A DNA stretch of 64,000 nt, taken from positions 288,001 to 352,000 of the forward strand of contig JBFWJC010000002.1 in the NCBI GenBank assembly GCA_050253415.1. The letters run 5' to 3'. The notes beneath the pieces were generated by a model that saw only the letters and a list, made by a program, of their open reading frames with translations, did not search any database and was not told the origin of the DNA. Below are positions 42,042 to 51,995 of the stretch, in pieces. The stretch is from Pedobacter sp. (GTDB lineage: Bacteria; Desulfobacterota; Desulfuromonadia; Desulfuromonadales; Syntrophotaleaceae). Made by a program: the position numbers and the translations under genes. Every line of letters starts with the position of its first letter. The first letter of the stretch is position 1.

Positions 42042-43082
42042 ATGGCCAGAAAGATAATGTTCAAGGACGCAATCAACGAAGCGATGCGTTTGGAAATGGA
42101 GCGTGACCAGTCCGTCATCCTCCTGGGTCTGGATGTTGCCGGTGCCGCTGGTACCGACCAGCCCCGCGATGCCTGGGGCGGCGTTCTCGGCGTCAGCAAG
42201 GGGCTTTATCCGCTGTTCCCCGACCGTGTTATCGATACTCCGATTTCCGAGTCCGCCTATATCGGTGCCGCAGTCGGCGCTTCGGCTTGCGGCATGCGTG
42301 CCATCGGCGAACTGATGTTCTCCGACTTCATGGGTGTTTGCTTTGACCAGCTGTACAACCAGGCCGCCAAGTTCCGTTACATGTTCGGTGGCAAGGCTGT
42401 TACTCCGGTAACCATCCGCACCATGATCGGCGCCGGTTTCAGTGCTGCTGCTCAGCATTCCCAGAGCCCCTACTCGATGTTCGCTCATGTGCCGGGTATG
42501 AAGTGCATCATTCCTTCCAATCCTTATGATGCCAAGGGGCTGCTGGCTGCCTCCATCGCTGACGACGACCCCTGTGTGTTCTTTGAGCACAAGGCCCTTT
42601 ACACCATGAAGGGTGAAGTTCCGGAAGAGCACTACACCATTCCTCTGGGTAAGGCGAATGTCGTTCAAGAAGGTAAGGACGTTACCATCGTCGCTCTGGC
42701 CCGCATGGTTCAGTTCGCCGAAAAAGCTGCCAAGAAGCTTGCCAAAGACGGTATCGAATGCACCATCATCGACCCCCGTACCATTTCGCCGATGGATTGG
42801 AACGCCATCTACTCCAGCGTCGAGAAAACCGGTCGCCTGGTGGTTGTTGACGAGAGCTACGACCTTTGCGGTGTTGCTTCCGATGTTTGTGGCCACGTGG
42901 CCCAGAATGTGTTCGGCGCTTTGAAAGCAGCTCCCCAGATGGTGACGGCTCCTTTCGTTCCCACACCTTTTGCATCAAATCTTGAGGCTGCGTATCTCCC
43001 TGATGCCAACAAGATTGAAGCGGCTGTGCGTAAAACCATGGGCGTCTCCAGCCCCGTGAAGATGCAAGCTGCGGTAAATTGA
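42042..43082 (+). CDS. acoB: Acetoin dehydrogenase E1 beta
   Basis: DAWGGVLG, DTPISES, NQAAKFRYMFGG, AAQHSQ, FFEHK. Confidence 0.95.
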   Translation: MARKIMFKDAINEAMRLEMERDQSVILLGLDVAGAAGTDQPRDAWGGVLGVSKGLYPLFPDRVIDTPISESAYIGAAVGASACGMRAIGELMFSDFMGVCFDQLYNQAAKFRYMFGGKAVTPVTIRTMIGAGFSAAAQHSQSPYSMFAHVPGMKCIIPSNPYDAKGLLAASIADDDPCVFFEHKALYTMKGEVPEEHYTIPLGKANVVQEGKDVTIVALARMVQFAEKAAKKLAKDGIECTIIDPRTISPMDWNAIYSSVEKTGRLVVVDESYDLCGVASDVCGHVAQNVFGALKAAPQMVTAPFVPTPFASNLEAAYLPDANKIEAAVRKTMGVSSPVKMQAAVN

Positions 43083-43161
43083 ACCCTTGGGGGCTGTCGG
43101 GCCCGGGAGTGATTCTACTGCGAACCCGACAGCCTTCTTGTAAAACCTTGGAGTTAACGCC

Positions 43162-44526
43162 ATGAGCAACAATAACATTATAGCCCTTACCATGCCTAAA
43201 TGGGGCCTCACCATGGAAGAAGGTACCGTCGCTTCCTGGCTGATGGATGAAGGCGACACTATCGAAATCGGGAGTGAAATTCTCGAAATCGAAACCGACA
43301 AGATCGCGCAGGCTGTAGAAAGTTCTGTTGAAGGAATCCTGCGTCGTAAGATCGGTGAAGAGGGCGAAGAGTACCCTGTTCAAGCTCTGATCGGCATCAT
43401 CGCTGGTGAGGATGTTTCGGAAGATGCCATCGATGCTTTTATCGCCAGCTATGGCAGTGGCGCTGCAGAAGAAGATTCTGAAGACGAGCCTGCAGCACAA
43501 GCAGCTCCTGCCGCTGTGGCCGGGATTCATGAACTGACCATGCCCAAGTGGGGTCTGACTATGGAAGAAGGTACCATCTCTTCCTGGTTGCTCGACGAAG
43601 GTGATGAGATCGAAGTCGGCACCGAAATCATGGAGATCGAAACCGACAAGATCGCTCAACCTGTGGAAAGTACTGTCGCCGGGATTCTGCGTCGCAAGAT
43701 TGGTGAAGAAGGCGAAGAATATCCGGTGAAGGAACTGCTCGGTATCATTGCTGATGCTTCGGTATCTGATGCCGACATCGATGCCTATCTCGCAAGCCGC
43801 GGTGGCGCTGCTGCCCCGGTCGAAGCAGAAGAGGCATCTGCCGCGGCCGCTGCCCCGGCAAAGCCGACCAGCAAGCCGATGTCCCCTATGCGTGCTGCAA
43901 TTTCCAATACGGTGACCAACTCCTGGACGGTTCCTCAGTTCCCGGTTACCATGGGCATCGACATGGGAGCGGCCAAGGAATTCCGGGCCGGTCTCAAGGC
44001 AGCCGGCAAGGCCGTATCCATGAACGATATGGTGGTTAAAGCCTGCGCCAAGGCCATCGAAAAGTATCCGATGGTTAACGCCAACCTGGGTAGCAAGGAG
44101 TACATCCTTAATCCCGAGGTAAACATCGCCGTGGCAGTTGGCCTCGACGATGGCTTGATGATGCCGGTAGTCAAAAGCTGTCAGGCCCTTAGCCTGGAAG
44201 AGGTTTCCAGCGCTTCCCGTGCTTTGATCGACAAGGTCAAGGCCGGTACCTGCGGCCCGGCAGAGATGGCCGGTGGTAACTTCGCCATTTCCAATCTGGG
44301 TATGCTTGGGGTCGATCAGTTCGTGGCCCTGGTACCCCCGGGAATGACCGCTATTCTGGCGGTCGGCGGCATCAAGGAAGAAGTCGTAGTGAAAGACGGC
44401 AACATGGTCCCTGCATCGACGATGAAGGTCACCCTGGTAGCCGATCACCGGGTTGTGGATGGATTGTATTCCGCTCAATACCTGGTTGAATTGAAGCGTC
44501 TTCTGGAAAATCCCGAAGAGCTTTAA
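43162..44526 (+). CDS. acoC: Dihydrolipoamide acetyltransferase E2 with two lipoyl domains
   Basis: Two MPKWGLTMEEG...ETDKI domains; catalytic ADHRVVDG. Confidence 0.95.
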   Translation: MSNNNIIALTMPKWGLTMEEGTVASWLMDEGDTIEIGSEILEIETDKIAQAVESSVEGILRRKIGEEGEEYPVQALIGIIAGEDVSEDAIDAFIASYGSGAAEEDSEDEPAAQAAPAAVAGIHELTMPKWGLTMEEGTISSWLLDEGDEIEVGTEIMEIETDKIAQPVESTVAGILRRKIGEEGEEYPVKELLGIIADASVSDADIDAYLASRGGAAAPVEAEEASAAAAAPAKPTSKPMSPMRAAISNTVTNSWTVPQFPVTMGIDMGAAKEFRAGLKAAGKAVSMNDMVVKACAKAIEKYPMVNANLGSKEYILNPEVNIAVAVGLDDGLMMPVVKSCQALSLEEVSSASRALIDKVKAGTCGPAEMAGGNFAISNLGMLGVDQFVALVPPGMTAILAVGGIKEEVVVKDGNMVPASTMKVTLVADHRVVDGLYSAQYLVELKRLLENPEEL

Positions 44527-44818
44527 AATCAACGCAAAAAAATGCCGGTGCCTTCGGGCGCCGGCATTCAAAAGCTTCCACGGAGCGGTTGCCGGCAAGG
44601 ACCTCTCGGCCGGGCTTCGAAAGAATAATCAGGACCTTCAGCAAAAGTGTCAATCTGACGGTTGTGATCCGGGTCGGCACCGCTTTCCTGGGGCTATTTG
44701 AAAGAGGTAAAGTTTCGCCTGAACAGCGAATGAACTTTCCCGGCTTCGATACCAGCATGTAGGGTGTGGCGTTACCGGGACTTGATGCGGCATTACGGCA
44801 TCGGGTAGATACAGGGGC

Positions 44819-45754
44819 ATGATCATGGAAGTTATGCAGAAAAAACGTGGTGGCGATAAAACGAGTTTGGCGGAAATAGACAGCCAGCAGGTGCTGTCCA
44901 AGCCTTCCTGGATTCGGGCCAAGGCACCGGCCGCACCGGAAGTGGGCAGGTTGACCGGGATTTTACGGGATCACCGTCTGCATACGGTATGCGAGGAAGC
45001 CAGCTGTCCCAATCTTGGCGAATGTTTCAAGCGCGGCACCGCAACTTTCATGATCATGGGTGATGTTTGCACCCGCCGTTGTCCTTTTTGCGACGTTGCT
45101 CATGGTCGCCCTGGCGACCTGGACGCAGCGGAGCCGCAACATCTGGCGGATGCCATTCACGCCATGCAGCTTCAATACGTGGTGATCACTTCCGTTACTC
45201 GTGACGATCTTGAAGACAGCGGCGCGGGACATTTTGCCCGGTGTGTCGCTGAAATTCGTAAAGTGACCAAAGGCGTCAAGGTGGAGATTTTGGTGCCGGA
45301 TTTTCGTGGTCATGTCGATGTCGCCCTCACCAATCTCGGTGATGGTCTGCCTGATGTGTTCAATCATAATCTGGAAACGGTACCGCGGCTTTACGCTGAA
45401 TCCCGCCCCGGTGCCCGATATAACGAGTCCTTATGTTTGCTGCAGCGGTTCAAGGAGGTCTACCCCGGTATTCCAACCAAGTCCGGCCTGATGGTTGGCC
45501 TTGGCGAAACCGATGACGAGATTCTTGAAGTGATGCGGGATCTGCGGGCGCATGGCTGCGATATGCTGACCATAGGTCAATATCTGCGGCCCAGCCGCCA
45601 TCATCTGCCGGTACAACGCTACGTCACGCCTGAACAGTTTGAGGCGTTCCGGGTTGCCGGCCTGGCGATGGGCTTTTCCCAGGTCGCTTCAGGACCCTTG
45701 GTGCGTTCTTCCTATCACGCCGATCTGCAGGCGCAAAACGTTTTGCATAAATGA
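44819..45754 (+). CDS. lipA: Lipoyl synthase (AcoS)
   Basis: [32 protein letters not shown]. Confidence 0.95.
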   Translation: MIMEVMQKKRGGDKTSLAEIDSQQVLSKPSWIRAKAPAAPEVGRLTGILRDHRLHTVCEEASCPNLGECFKRGTATFMIMGDVCTRRCPFCDVAHGRPGDLDAAEPQHLADAIHAMQLQYVVITSVTRDDLEDSGAGHFARCVAEIRKVTKGVKVEILVPDFRGHVDVALTNLGDGLPDVFNHNLETVPRLYAESRPGARYNESLCLLQRFKEVYPGIPTKSGLMVGLGETDDEILEVMRDLRAHGCDMLTIGQYLRPSRHHLPVQRYVTPEQFEAFRVAGLAMGFSQVASGPLVRSSYHADLQAQNVLHK

Positions 45755-45802
45755 CAAGCAGCGGACAGGGCCCCCGGGCTTTTCCGCATGAGGAGAATAG
45801 TA

Positions 45803-47215
45803 ATGGCTGACGAAAATTTTGATCTCATTGTGTTGGGTGCCGGCCCTGGCGGCTATGTCGGAGCGATTCGCGCTTCTCAGTTGGGCATGAAGGTGGCCGT
45901 AGTGGAAAGCCGTCCGACTCTGGGCGGTGTCTGTCTCAACGAAGGCTGTATTCCTAGTAAGGCATTGCTCGATTCCAGTGAGCATTTCGCCCTGGCACGG
46001 GATAAATTCGACATGCACGGCATCGAAATCCCCGCGCCCAAGCTGAACCTGGCCAAAATGATGGAACGTAAGGAAGGAGTCGTCAGCGACCTTACCGGCG
46101 GCATCGCTTTCCTTTTCAAAAAGAATAAAGTTACCTGGATCAAGGGTACCGGTAAACTGCTGGGTGCCGGTGCCGATGGCCTGCAGCAGGTTGAAGTCAC
46201 CGGTAAAAACGCCGGCGTGGTCAAGGGCAAGCATATTCTGCTCGCTACGGGCGGCAAGGTGGCACAGGTGCCTGGTATCACCGTTGACAACGATGTGATC
46301 ATCGACAATGTTGGTGCTCTGAGCCTCAATCAGGTCCCCGAACATCTTATGATTATCGGTGCCGGTTATATCGGCCTGGAGCTTGGGTCCGTCTGGCTGC
46401 GCCTTGGGTCCAAAGTAACCGTGGTCGAGATGCTTCCCAAAATGCTGCCTAAATCAGATGGCGACACCACCCAGGCTCTGCAGCGCTCCCTGAAAAAACA
46501 GGGTATGACCTTCAACATGGGCACCTGCGTCGGCGGTATTGAAGTTGCCGGCGGGAAGGCGACTGTGAAGCTGGTCAAAGGCGATAAAGTAACGGAAGTG
46601 GTCTGCGACAAGGTCCTCATGTCGATCGGTCGCAAACCCAATATCGATGGTCTCGGTCTGGCCGAAGTTGGCGTGGAGATGGGCGAACGCGGCTGTATCA
46701 AGGTTGACGAAAATTATGCGACCAGCGTACCCGGCATCTATGCCATCGGTGACTTGATCCCCGGTCCGATGCTGGCGCACAAGGCCTCTGAAGAAGCGGT
46801 GGTGTTTGTTGAGCGCCTGGTCGGTAAAAACTCCGAGGTGCACTACGACACCATTCCCGGCGTTTGCTACACCTGGCCTGAAGTTGCTTCCGTCGGCAAG
46901 ACCGAAGAGCAGTTGCAGGAAGCCGGCGTGCCCGTCAAGGTCGGTAAATTTAACTTTGTCGGTAACGGTCGCGCCCGGGCTATGGCGGAGACCGAAGGTT
47001 TCGTCAAAATCATTGCCAACGCGGATAACGGTCAGGTGCTGGGCGTGCATATCTTCGGCCCGCGCGCTTCCGACATGATCGCGGAAGCGGTCGCCGTCAT
47101 GAGTTACGGCGGGACCGCTCACGACATCGGCGCCATGTTCCATGGCCATCCGACCCTGTCCGAAGCGGTCAAGGAAGCAGCGTTGGATGTCGACGGTGCA
47201 GCGGTTCACTGCTAA
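45803..47215 (+). CDS. lpdA: Dihydrolipoamide dehydrogenase E3 (AcoL)
   Basis: GAGPGGY, GGVCLNEGCIPSK, GAGYIGLE, HPTLSE; AGGAG RBS. Confidence 0.95.
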   Translation: MADENFDLIVLGAGPGGYVGAIRASQLGMKVAVVESRPTLGGVCLNEGCIPSKALLDSSEHFALARDKFDMHGIEIPAPKLNLAKMMERKEGVVSDLTGGIAFLFKKNKVTWIKGTGKLLGAGADGLQQVEVTGKNAGVVKGKHILLATGGKVAQVPGITVDNDVIIDNVGALSLNQVPEHLMIIGAGYIGLELGSVWLRLGSKVTVVEMLPKMLPKSDGDTTQALQRSLKKQGMTFNMGTCVGGIEVAGGKATVKLVKGDKVTEVVCDKVLMSIGRKPNIDGLGLAEVGVEMGERGCIKVDENYATSVPGIYAIGDLIPGPMLAHKASEEAVVFVERLVGKNSEVHYDTIPGVCYTWPEVASVGKTEEQLQEAGVPVKVGKFNFVGNGRARAMAETEGFVKIIANADNGQVLGVHIFGPRASDMIAEAVAVMSYGGTAHDIGAMFHGHPTLSEAVKEAALDVDGAAVHC

Positions 47216-47276
47216 GTTCCAGATTTTTTAAGACGCTAAAGACTTTTAGGCTAGTCCTGCGAGGGCTGACCTGTTT

Positions 47277-47408
47277 GCCGGGGGGCGGACCTCCTAGCCT
47301 CCTCCCGGCATTTTTTACCGATTTTTGAATTTTGAACCAGTTTTTCCTTCCTAATCCTCCTGTTCCAAGTGGAAACGATTCGGGTCCGTTTCCACTTGGG
47401 TTTTTTTT
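47277..47408 (+). terminator. Two tandem terminator-like hairpins after lpdA
   Basis: gccggg...cccggc plus T6 (47277-47316); ccaagtggaaacg...cgtttccacttgg plus T tract (47365-47408). Confidence 0.7.
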
Positions 47409-47482
47409 ACGGGGGTTAGTCGGGTTGCCGGGGTATGGTTCGGTTGTTGCGGAGGTTGTAGATTCAGCTATATGGGGGTACC

Positions 47483-48310
47483 ATGAAGCAGTTTCATGTG
47501 GATAAATCGCGCTGCATCCAGTGCGGCGAATGTGCCAAGGATTGCGTTTTTGGATTGATCGCCATGGAACAGGGGTATCCGGTATTGCCGGCCGATAAGG
47601 AGGCCGTATGTATTGAATGCCAGCACTGCATGGCAGTGTGCAAGCCTGCCGCGTTAAGCATTCTTGGTTTGACTCCAGATGACAGCATGCCCTTGGCAGG
47701 AAAATTCCCCAATCAACGTCAGATGGAAACCTTGATCAAAGGGCGCCGCTCCATACGGCGCTATCTTCCCACTGCCCTTGCCAGCGAAACCATTGATGAA
47801 CTGCTAAAGATAACGTCCCATGCACCTACCGGTGTCAATGCTCGCGGAGTGGAGTTTATTGTCGTCGAGGACCCGGGTACCATGTCGGCCATCCGTCAGG
47901 AAACCCTGGAGGCGCTACAGGATCTGGCTCGCAGAGATGCGATTCCGGATAACCTGTGTATTATGAAAGCCCTTGTCCCTATGATGGAAGAAGGGCTTGA
48001 TCCGATTTTTCGAAACGCTCCGCACTTGCTGATCGCTTCTGCGGCTAATGACGTTCCCTGCCGGGAAGCGGATGTGTTTATCGCTCTGAGCTATTTCGAA
48101 TTGCTGGCCGCCAGTGCCGGGATCGGGACTACCTGGTGCGGTCTCGGAAAATGGGCTATGGTCGATCTGGCTCCGCAACTGCTGCAGTCGCTCGGTGTGC
48201 CTGAAAACCATGACGTGGTGTACCTGATGCTGTTCGGTACGCCTGACGTTGAGTACTATCGTACGGTCCAGCGGGATCAGGATGCCCGTATCCGGCGGTT
48301 GGTGAAATAG
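47483..48310 (+). CDS. Nitroreductase family protein with N-terminal 2x[4Fe-4S] ferredoxin domain
   Basis: CIQCGECAKDC and CIECQHCMAVC; RRSIRRY, APTGVN, GIGTTWCG. Confidence 0.88.
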   Translation: MKQFHVDKSRCIQCGECAKDCVFGLIAMEQGYPVLPADKEAVCIECQHCMAVCKPAALSILGLTPDDSMPLAGKFPNQRQMETLIKGRRSIRRYLPTALASETIDELLKITSHAPTGVNARGVEFIVVEDPGTMSAIRQETLEALQDLARRDAIPDNLCIMKALVPMMEEGLDPIFRNAPHLLIASAANDVPCREADVFIALSYFELLAASAGIGTTWCGLGKWAMVDLAPQLLQSLGVPENHDVVYLMLFGTPDVEYYRTVQRDQDARIRRLVK

Positions 48311-48348
48311 TTCGAACGCACGGTGGACCGGGAAAGAAGTGAGTCCGT

Positions 48349-48984
48349 ATGAAGGTTGTAGATCTTGGAGTAATGGCTTACTCCGAAGCGTATGCGCTGC
48401 AGGAACGTCTTGTCGGGGATATCCATTCCGGCGTGGAACCCGAAACGTTGCTGCTGGTCGAGCACCCGCCGGTTTATACCCTCGGTCGCAGCGGGCATAT
48501 GAGTAATGTCCTCGATGCGGGCGTTGAAGTGGTCAGCATCAATCGCGGAGGGGATATCACATACCACGCTCCGGGACAGTTAGTCGGTTATCCGCTGTTG
48601 AACCTGGCCGAACGTGGCAAGGATTTGCGCCATTATCTGCGGTTTCTCGAGGAGGTGCTGATTTGTGCAGTGGCCGATATCGGAGTGACCGGGGTGCGCC
48701 GTGACGGCAAGACCGGCGTCTGGACCGAGCAGGGCAAGTTGGCCTCCATTGGGGCAGGGGCCCGTCGCTGGATCAGTATGCACGGTTTCGCTCTTAACGT
48801 ATCTCTTGACCTGAGTGGGTTTTCCCGCATTCATCCGTGTGGGATCGTCGGATGTCCCATGACCTCTCTGTCCCAGATCACCGGGCGTCCTATCGAAATG
48901 GACCTGATCAAGCAACGTGTCGTTAATCACTTCGAGTCGTTGCTTGAAAGCTGGTTGCCTCTTCAAGAAAACCTGATTGCCTGA
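48349..48984 (+). CDS. lipB: Octanoyltransferase
   Basis: EHPPVYTLG, RGGDITYHAPGQLVGYP, KLASIG, HGFALN, PCG. Confidence 0.95.
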   Translation: MKVVDLGVMAYSEAYALQERLVGDIHSGVEPETLLLVEHPPVYTLGRSGHMSNVLDAGVEVVSINRGGDITYHAPGQLVGYPLLNLAERGKDLRHYLRFLEEVLICAVADIGVTGVRRDGKTGVWTEQGKLASIGAGARRWISMHGFALNVSLDLSGFSRIHPCGIVGCPMTSLSQITGRPIEMDLIKQRVVNHFESLLESWLPLQENLIA

Positions 48985-48985
48985 T

Positions 48986-49786
48986 ATGTCTATACCTGTA
49001 ACACTCCATTACGAAGTGTTGGGCGAGGGGCCCGATCTGGTTATCCTCCACGGGCTTTTTGGTTCCCTGGACAATTGGCGCGGGCCGGCACGCCTGCTGG
49101 CCAGGAATTTTCGGGTGTGGTTGGTGGATCAACGCAACCATGGTCTTTCCCCACACAGTTCGGAGTTCCATTATGGGGCCATGGCGGAAGACCTGCATGC
49201 CCTGCTGAATCTCCTTGCGTTGGAGCGTGTGCATCTACTCGGGCATTCCATGGGGGGCAAGACCGCCATGCTGTATGCGGCCCTGCATCCCGACCGGGTA
49301 GACCGCTTGATTGTTGAGGATATGGGGCCCGGCGGATATGGTCCCCATCATGATGAGGTATTCAGGGGGTTGCTCACTTTGCCTTTGGGGCAACTGCAAA
49401 GTCGCAGTGAGGCGGATAAGCTCTTGCAGGACGCAATACCCGTTGACGGGGTGCGCAGGTTCTTACTGAAAAACCTTTACCGGCAAGCGGATGGAACCTG
49501 GGCATGGCGTTGTAATCTCTCTGTTCTGTTCGGCAGTTACCGTCATCTTCTGTCGGCGTTGCCGCTGGATGCGCCACTGCTTTGTCCGACTCTGTTCGTC
49601 AAAGGGGAACTCTCCGACTACCTCGATCCGTCCCGCAATGACACGCTGCTTGAACTGTTCGTCCAGCGCAGGTATGTAACCATTCAAGGTGCTGGCCATT
49701 GGGTCCATGCAGAGCAGCCTGCTGCTTTTTTACAGGCTGTGCAGGCCTTCCTGCTTGAAGGTGTCACGAAGCCGGTGGCGATTTGA
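48986..49786 (+). CDS. Alpha/beta hydrolase, YbfF-like esterase
   Basis: LHGLFGS, DQRNHG, GHSMGG nucleophile elbow, AGHWVHAE. Confidence 0.88.
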   Translation: MSIPVTLHYEVLGEGPDLVILHGLFGSLDNWRGPARLLARNFRVWLVDQRNHGLSPHSSEFHYGAMAEDLHALLNLLALERVHLLGHSMGGKTAMLYAALHPDRVDRLIVEDMGPGGYGPHHDEVFRGLLTLPLGQLQSRSEADKLLQDAIPVDGVRRFLLKNLYRQADGTWAWRCNLSVLFGSYRHLLSALPLDAPLLCPTLFVKGELSDYLDPSRNDTLLELFVQRRYVTIQGAGHWVHAEQPAAFLQAVQAFLLEGVTKPVAI

Positions 49787-49826
49787 AAGCGCTGGTTGGC
49801 TATTGTTTTCATTGTGCTTTGCGGTA

Positions 49827-50096
49827 TCACCCTTCCCAGAACAGATAGTGGGGATTGTCGGCCAAAAAGGCCAGACATTCTTCCAGATTGCCGGTGAAGT
49901 TGATATATTCCCAGCGTTCCAGGTTGTGAAAATACGCCATGCGCCACAGCTTGGGTTGATCGGTGGCAATCAGACGGGCAAAACAATCCCCCTCCTTGCA
50001 TAAGTGCAACTCGTTGCCTTCAATATGAATATCGAACTGAGATAGATGTGGGTCTGCCAGGGCAATCCGTTTGGCTGTTTCGAGCATCTCATTCAT
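49827..50096 (-). CDS. Hypothetical protein
   Basis: 89 aa with GGGAGG RBS; same strand as and downstream of the permease. Confidence 0.6.
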   Translation of the reverse strand: MNEMLETAKRIALADPHLSQFDIHIEGNELHLCKEGDCFARLIATDQPKLWRMAYFHNLERWEYINFTGNLEECLAFLADNPHYLFWEG

Positions 50097-50157
50097 GATT
50101 TCCTCCCGATGCTGGTCGTAACGTTAAACAGAGTTTCTGTCGTCTGAGCATGAGTGG

Positions 50158-51216
50158 TTAGTGTCCAGGGCGTTTGTTAAGCATGCTTTTCAGGATAAGA
50201 GCCAGCAATAGTAGTGCGCTGACAATGGCAAACGGATTAGCGACTTCCGTTTCGCTCACCGATACCCATTGTTTGATATCGACGGCCAGCAGGGCATACA
50301 GCCGGTTAAGCAGCCAACCGATCAGCAAAGAGATGCAGGCGATGGTGGCCAGATAGATAACGGTAACTTTTTTGCCCCAGAATTTGCTGATGACGGTTAT
50401 GGTTGCGGCGTTGGTTGCCGGGCCCGCCAGTAAGAATACCAGGGCCGCGCCGGGCGAGAGACCTTTGAGAACCATGGCCGCGGCAATGGGGGTAGATGCG
50501 CTTGCGCAGATGTACAGGGGGATGCCGACTACCAGCATGACCACCAGTGAGGAAAATTCACCCTGCAGATGCTGCTGGAAAAACGATGCCGGCAGCAGGT
50601 AGGAGATTACGCCGCTGATCAGAATGCCGATCAGCAGCCATTTTCCGATATCCCCCAGCAGTTCGCCAAAGGCGAAGCGCATGCCGCTGCGCAGTTTATG
50701 TCTCATGGAGGAATCGTGCGTGTGTTGATGTCCCTTGCAGCAGGAATCCTCGCACGTTCCGTCTTTTTCGGCCTCGACGTAGGCCGGGATGCTGACGCCT
50801 TCCTCGGGCAACAGATTGATAAACAGCCCGGTAATGGTTGCTGTAATCAAGGCTGCAACAGGGCGAGCTATGGTCATGATGGGATCAAGAAGCGCCCAGG
50901 TGATGGCGATGGAGTCAACGCCCGATTCCGGGGTTGAGATCAGAAAAGCCGCGGATGCCCCCTTGCTGGCACCTTGTTTGCGCAGACCGATGGCGGCTGG
51001 GATGACCCCGCAGGAACATAAAGGCAAGGGGATTCCCAGCAGGGAGGCCTTGATGACGGAACCGCTGGTGCTGTGACCAAGGTGCCGCGCAACAAAATTC
51101 TCGGGGATGAGGGCTTTTAATAGCCCTGCGGCTAAAAATCCAAAAAGAACAAATGGCGCTGCTTCGACCAGCAGTTTCCAGCTTTCGGTGAGGATGCCTG
51201 TAGCAAATGCGATCAT
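50158..51216 (-). CDS. SO_0444-like (DUF318/ArsP family) metal permease
   Basis: GIPLPLCSCGVIP, AFLISTPESGVDS, PLYICASASTP, LLAGPATN; Cys/His-rich central loop. Confidence 0.85.
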   Translation of the reverse strand: MIAFATGILTESWKLLVEAAPFVLFGFLAAGLLKALIPENFVARHLGHSTSGSVIKASLLGIPLPLCSCGVIPAAIGLRKQGASKGASAAFLISTPESGVDSIAITWALLDPIMTIARPVAALITATITGLFINLLPEEGVSIPAYVEAEKDGTCEDSCCKGHQHTHDSSMRHKLRSGMRFAFGELLGDIGKWLLIGILISGVISYLLPASFFQQHLQGEFSSLVVMLVVGIPLYICASASTPIAAAMVLKGLSPGAALVFLLAGPATNAATITVISKFWGKKVTVIYLATIACISLLIGWLLNRLYALLAVDIKQWVSVSETEVANPFAIVSALLLLALILKSMLNKRPGH

Positions 51217-51995
51217 ATGATGCTCTTTTCCGAAAAGGGGCTAATGCCAGGTTGTCGTATTCCAGTTTGGTGCTTCCCTTTACATTATAGTATCTGGTGC
51301 TGCAACGCCAAGGGGGCTTTTATGTGCAGCCTGATCAATGCGCTGTGAGTGGAGGTTGCTTGCGTGCTGTCTTGGCCTGTTAAACTGTTGCGGAACCGTA
51401 CTTTACAGGATCCGCCATAGACCTCGGACGGTTTCGTTGGCGTTCCAGGGAAGCCATCAGGGGAAGATTTCCATGCTTGTGGGGATGTGAATTAAGGGTT
51501 GCGCCGAAAAAAAAACGGGCGTAAAATGGCCAATTAGGCTTTTGCTTGAGGTGTTATTCAGCGTCGCTGAATCAACACAGGTGTATTAAGAATCCCTTCC
51601 TGCAAGGAAATCGGCTATTGAAAAGTTGACTTTTTGTAATCATTGTACTAAGGGTTAAAGATTGATTTTGATCCTGTTAGGAGCTGATTATAAAAGGCCG
51701 GACCCCACGCGATTCATTGTGCCCATTCAATTTATGGGTTAACTGAGTTTTGCCGGGGTTGCTTTTTTGTGAGGTCGTTCCCCGCAGGTCAGGTGTTTTG
51801 GAAAAGTGCAGACTGTGCCAAATCCATGCTGGGAAGGTATTGGATAGCTTTAGATTGGTACGTTGGTTGCATTTAATTTGATGGAAATAGTAGCTTTGTT
51901 TGTGACGGGCGGTGCCGTCCGTCACGATCAGATTATATACGCATGAAAGCGTCTGGATATTTGTTGTGAAGTACACTACAGGAGGCATTGGTCCA

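Noticed and set aside
42766..44598. 610-aa minus-strand ORF
   Set aside because: Antisense to acoB/acoC; its internal repeat merely mirrors the two lipoyl domains.
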